Source: a virus
Strand: one strand, 5' to 3'
DNA: 64,000 bases
Virus genome (UHGV): UHGV-0293664
The notes beneath the pieces are model-generated. The model had not been told where the DNA came from, ran no database searches, and worked only from the letters and a program-made list of their open reading frames with translations. This document shows, one piece after another, positions 63,691 through 64,000 of this stretch. Each line of letters opens with the position of its first letter. Position 1 is the first letter of the stretch. The translations under genes and the position numbers were made by a program.

Positions 63691-64000
63691 TCTGCTCTTC
63701 TCCTACCATAAACGGCCCTACCTGGCAAGTGGAATAATTGACTAGCCATCAATCCCACACACTGTACAAATATACATGGAAAATAACTATTGCATAATTT
63801 TTCATTGTGTGGTAGCAAGTCCATTTTTACCCGTTTTCTCTCCCAAAATTGCACGTAATGCCGCTATTGCACAAATTTTAACCTGATGCACATCTCCAAT
63901 ATCTTGTCAACAACTAAAAATCTTTATAAGTCATACACTTACACAGCATCGAAAGCGTGTTCTACGCGAAAAATCGAGTATAACTATAGCCGCCAGATCT

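Noticed and set aside
1-64000. tRNA or rRNA genes
   Set aside because: Scanned by eye for T-loop-like GGTTCGA/GTTCGAATC motifs with an acceptor-stem context and found none; GGATTCGAG at about 61541 lacks a cloverleaf. A tRNAscan-SE run would be decisive.
1-64000. Lysogeny module, retron or diversity-generating retroelement
   Set aside because: No integrase, recombinase, CI-like repressor or reverse-transcriptase (YxDD) motifs seen in any translated ORF.
63700-64000. Possible genome terminus or gene in the final 300 bp
   Set aside because: The minus-strand ORF 63639..63854 overlaps a terminator and lacks an RBS; the region looks like promoter-bearing non-coding DNA, and the window ends before any conclusion is possible.

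Overview
The window reads as a contiguous slice of a large, apparently virulent tailed-phage genome: no integrase or repressor module was seen, promoters are sigma70-like, and GC is roughly 43-46% by eye. All calls below come from motifs read by eye in the supplied translations and sequence; no database search or structure prediction was run, so novelty cannot be confirmed. Layout: (1) 1-20.4 kb, rightward tail-tip and fibre module with a lambda gpJ-like protein, two paralogous fibre genes, a 581-aa fibre/spike and an 1875-aa adhesin-like protein; (2) 20.4-27.8 kb, leftward accessory operon with an HNH-like nuclease, a vWA/HExxH metallopeptidase followed by four tandem paralogous small genes, a HAD phosphatase and Cys-rich small proteins; (3) 27.8-52.9 kb, rightward replication and nucleotide-metabolism module with a MoxR-like AAA ATPase, SleB-like hydrolase, rIIA-like and putative rIIB-like proteins, a Pif1/Dda-like helicase, a small C5-methyltransferase-like protein, primase-helicase, an AP2-HNH homing endonuclease, family A DNA polymerase, an SSB-like protein, a macro-domain protein and many small ORFs; (4) 52.9-53.8 kb, a non-coding island with iteron-like direct repeats, two Fur-box-like palindromes and a repeated GC-rich element; (5) 53.8-63.7 kb, about 27 small genes, most with their own promoter and stereotyped leader and many followed by terminators, resembling an early or host-takeover region. 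No rRNA, tRNA or CRISPR array was found. The most interesting candidates for an undescribed system are the vWA-metallopeptidase plus four-paralog operon (with a distant AAA ATPase), the Fur-box/GC-element island, the macro-domain protein and the operator-embedded promoter copies.
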